A stretch of 64,000 nt of DNA, from NCBI GenBank assembly GCA_002189035.1, contig NEEC01000016.1:124001-188000 (forward strand), given 5' to 3'. Positions 60,467 to 64,000 of this stretch are shown here, in pieces; the stretch's first letter is position 1, and every line of letters starts with the position of its first letter. The stretch is from Utricularia gibba (lineage: Eukaryota > Plantae > Magnoliophyta). A program made the position numbers and the translations under genes. The notes under the pieces were generated by a model. The model had not been told where the DNA came from and ran no database searches. It worked only from the letters and a program-made list of their open reading frames with translations.

Positions 60467-61498
60467 ATGGTTAAGAGCTTGAACGACATGGCCATGGGGT
60501 TCTCCGTCATTCGCGGTTGCATCATGCTATCGTCATCGGGTTCGGGACAGGCGCACCCGGATGATGATGAGGTCTCCAGAAGCCCTCCTCCGAGTCCCCC
60601 CACCTCGCAGCAACGCCGCGGATCTATGGCGGTCGCCAAGTTTTGCTCCCGTGGACACTGGAAGCCGACGGAGGACTCCAAACTTAGGGAACTCGTCGCC
60701 TTGTACGGCCCACAGAACTGGAATCTCATCGCGGAGAAGCTACAAGGAAGATCAGGTAGATATCATGAATACCAGTGAACTTTAGGTTCAATTCGATCAT
60801 CACCTTGTTCTAACAACATCTCCTTTGGGTTTCGAAGGGAAGAGCTGTAGATTGCGGTGGTACAACCAGCTGGACCCGAGGATCAACAGAACCGCCTTCA
60901 CCGAGGAAGAAGAAGTGAGATTGATGGAGGCTCACAGGGTCTACGGGAACAAATGGGCTTTGATTTCTCGGTTCTTTCCGGGGCGAACGGACAACGCCGT
61001 GAAGAACCATTGGCATGTGCTGATGGCGAGGAGGTTTCGGGAGAAGTCCAAGTCGAACTACGTGAGGAGAAGATCCTGGAGCAATAAACCGGATCATCAC
61101 GTAACCCGGCCGGAGACATTGCGCAGGTCTGCTATAAATCCAAACACTACCGGTACTGCTACTACTACGACCATTCCATGGCTGAATGATGATCACTGGA
61201 GCCACACGGCAAGAGTAGCATCCCAGCCCTTGGGATACGACAACTTCATTTTAGGTAAGAATCTTTTTTTCTTCGCTTTCTGATCTGGTACTCGTAGTAT
61301 CGAGCTACTGAGCGTTGTTGCGCAGGGCAATACGGGAACTGGGGTTCCGGAAACCGATGCCAAACAGCTGCCCCACGAGCGACGGCGTGCTTCTCGGTCG
61401 CACCGTCGCCGTCAACGGAGGCGGCCGCCGAGGATCGATACGAAGACGATGAGAGCGCTCCCCAGTTCATAGATTTTCTTGGAGTTGGAGAAAGTTGA
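60467..61498 (+). CDS. R2R3-MYB subgroup 21 (MYB105/MYB117/MYB110/MYB56-like), 3 exons; true start codon uncertain
   Basis: Exons are 60467-60755, 60838-61254 and 61326-61498. The sequence reads [53 protein letters not shown]...[18 protein letters not shown]. The C-terminal clade motif FIDFLGVG precedes TGA at 61496-61498. Confidence 0.92.
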
Positions 61499-64000
61499 GG
61501 CTTCAAGTTTGCGCATGGTAATGAAGATGGCTGCGCTTCTGATTAACAATTTCCCCCTCCTTTTTCTTTCCTTCTTCTCTTCTTTGCCACTAAAATAAAT
61601 CTAAAGTGGGTCAGATAACCCTTGATCAGCTTCTCCTCCATTGCAGCCTCGTTTAACCATGAAGATTAAACTTTCAATGAACCCCAAAACCATCCTACAA
61701 TCTGGGGTGGCAAAAAAACCAAGTGCAAACTCAATGGTTTCAATAGTAATCGGTTAATAGTACAAAATTAACACAATGCAATTTTCATAGGGTTTAATAT
61801 GACAAGTGCAAACTGACTAACCAAGATCATATTAGCCCATTAAATGGAATAATTTAAAAGCAGATATAAAGTGCTTCAAAAAAAAATGAGTTTTTGCTTT
61901 TCTGGATCACTTCTTGTATATATCACCTCATTACAGGCACAGCCATGCTGCTCGAATCTTGTACAAGATGCCACGTTCATGGCTTCATGCTAAGAAAACG
62001 TACAAAATTTCTATGAATCCGTATTTACATCTTTACAATGCTCTATCACTGTCGTCTGCTTCATATTATGAGTCTAATCATGAACACATATCTACGAGAA
62101 AACACCCAGCAGTTTCGAATAATCGTGTGTTGTTGGTGAATTTGAATTCGGATTTCTTCCATCATCAGTAGCACGCTTTGACGACATAGGCATTTGCATG
62201 CACATCACAGTACTAGAAAAGAGAGCACGTAGAGAAAGCAAACAGGACGACGAAAGACGTCTCTAAAGTACTTGGATGCATCACTTGCTGTGATGATAGA
62301 CGTCTAGCACCATGATCTTGTAACCTTTTCACCTAATTTCATGCAATAAAACTGAATCTGAAGCAGTTTAGAGGAAGCATTTTGGGTGACGATGGAGTTC
62401 GTGGGCTCACGTGGGGGTTGCAAGCGATGAATTTTCTGTGTGGCAGTGCAGGCTTGGCTTTGTTGGCGACAAATAAATACAAGTGACAAATCGTCGTCTT
62501 CCTCTTCTATTAAATGCAGGACATATAACTATCACCTGGAGGAAATAAATATTCAAAGCACAATGTGTGTAATAAACTACAACAACTTACCCTGTGTGTT
62601 TTCCTCTGTGTGGGGGTCGGATCCCACTGCTTCAGGCCTGGCACAACCAGACCAGACCTCACCAGTAGCCTTCATCTCCTCCTCCCGATGCCAACCTCCT
62701 ACTCCTACTAACATCTGATGCGTATCACATGTCGTGTCCCTCTGCACATTGGATCCATTTTAAATGATGCAACTGCTAATCGGAATTCGATACCCGTTAT
62801 ACTACACCGGAGTCGACGCCCCCTAAAAAAACACACACACACACAAAAAAAAGTATGTTCACGATAAATTCCAGTGATTAAAAACTCTTATACTTTGACT
62901 GTCGAAGAATTTTTTCATGTTGGGTCTCTTACCGCACCCCCATTGTGTGATAATTGTTACCAGAAAGAAAAGATTGACATATGGTCCTTTTTCTCGCCTT
63001 CCTTCAACTTTCCGATGAGTTAACCTTTTTCCGACGAGGCCTAAAGAGGGGCATTAAGCCTAACGAGGTGAAGATCTGCCCGATAAGGCACTCTGTTGTC
63101 GAACGATTTTCCAATAAGCATTTTCCAACTCCATAACAACAAATATTCATCGTGGCTTGAGACGTGATAAGTTGTACCGATGCCCACTCTACCCAAGAAG
63201 CATTTATGGTATGTCCTAGAAATAAGGGAATACATTGCATTTGTGATATATCCTTTTTTTACTGTTATATAATAAAGGAGGAGAAAGGAAGATGATAGTT
63301 TTGATCATTTAGACAAACACATATTGCTGAGAAGAAAAGCACCCCTAAGAAGAGTAGAATTCTCCACATTTTTCTGGGGTCTTTATGTTTTTACAATTTT
63401 TCAAGTTGGTAGTGAAAGTCATTTTCCTGGTACATGAAGCACTTTCAATTTTTATTGTGTTTTTAGATTATCATTTATTGTCTATTTTTTGTTGTTGTCA
63501 ATTTATTGTCTATTTTCATATTGCAAGGATCTTACAAAAAATCATAAGTAGAACCTTTTTGATAATAATCAAAGATTCCGCTGGTTCACGAAATATATTT
63601 TTATTTCTATTGAAAATATAAAATAATATCCCGAAACAATATTTTTAGAAACACTGCTTATTATAAAAGGTTTATCCTTATTAATTATTATTATTTTCCC
63701 CAGTATCCCCTTTTAAAAAATTGCCTGCTATTATTAGGATTTATGTCGGCTACGGATGGCACTCCGATGGAGTTGAGAGGGAGAATCGCTCTGATCCGAT
63801 ACTACCGAGAAGGCTATCTGAGAGGTACGATGTAGGTTTCGTCTTCCGTGAGTTCAGATTTCCCTGCGTCCGCGGATTCTGCATTCCTCTGTGTAAATCA
63901 TTTTGAAGTATGAGTTCCCGATCTATGAGTTAGCATACGGTATTTCTGTAATTTCGTTATGAAGAGTATGAATGATCGATTCGACGGTTTATTGCGTTTT

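Noticed and set aside
63004-64000. Short ORFs and a GC-richer patch near the window end
   Set aside because: No identifiable domain. They may belong to a gene or TE that continues beyond the window.

Overview
Plant (eudicot-like) nuclear DNA with two very different parts. Positions 1 to about 16,500 are a head-to-tail array of about 47 copies of a roughly 355-bp, CpG-rich satellite that runs off the left edge of the window. It shows a 3-4-monomer higher-order pattern and decays and rearranges toward its right edge. From about 16,700 the window is gene-rich euchromatin with eight spliced or single-exon genes: an EDR2-like PH-START-DUF1336 protein (+), a phytyl ester synthase-like acyltransferase (+), thioredoxin z/CITRX (-), an HD-Zip I factor of the HAT7/ATHB20 type (-), ABCB19 (-, with one apparent 1-nt frameshift), a subgroup-1 R2R3-MYB (+), a ZF-HD factor (-) and a subgroup-21 R2R3-MYB (+). 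Intergenic DNA holds a decayed LINE fragment, a two-copy dispersed repeat and microsatellites. The best leads are a 45-aa uORF ahead of the HD-Zip I gene, the satellite architecture and its tight junction with the first gene, the ABCB19 frameshift, an overlapping uORF or frameshifted N-terminus in the second MYB, and a MINI ZINC FINGER gene apparently missing from its expected syntenic position. I found no rRNA, tRNA, miRNA or CRISPR features and cannot determine the species. All exon boundaries were read by eye.
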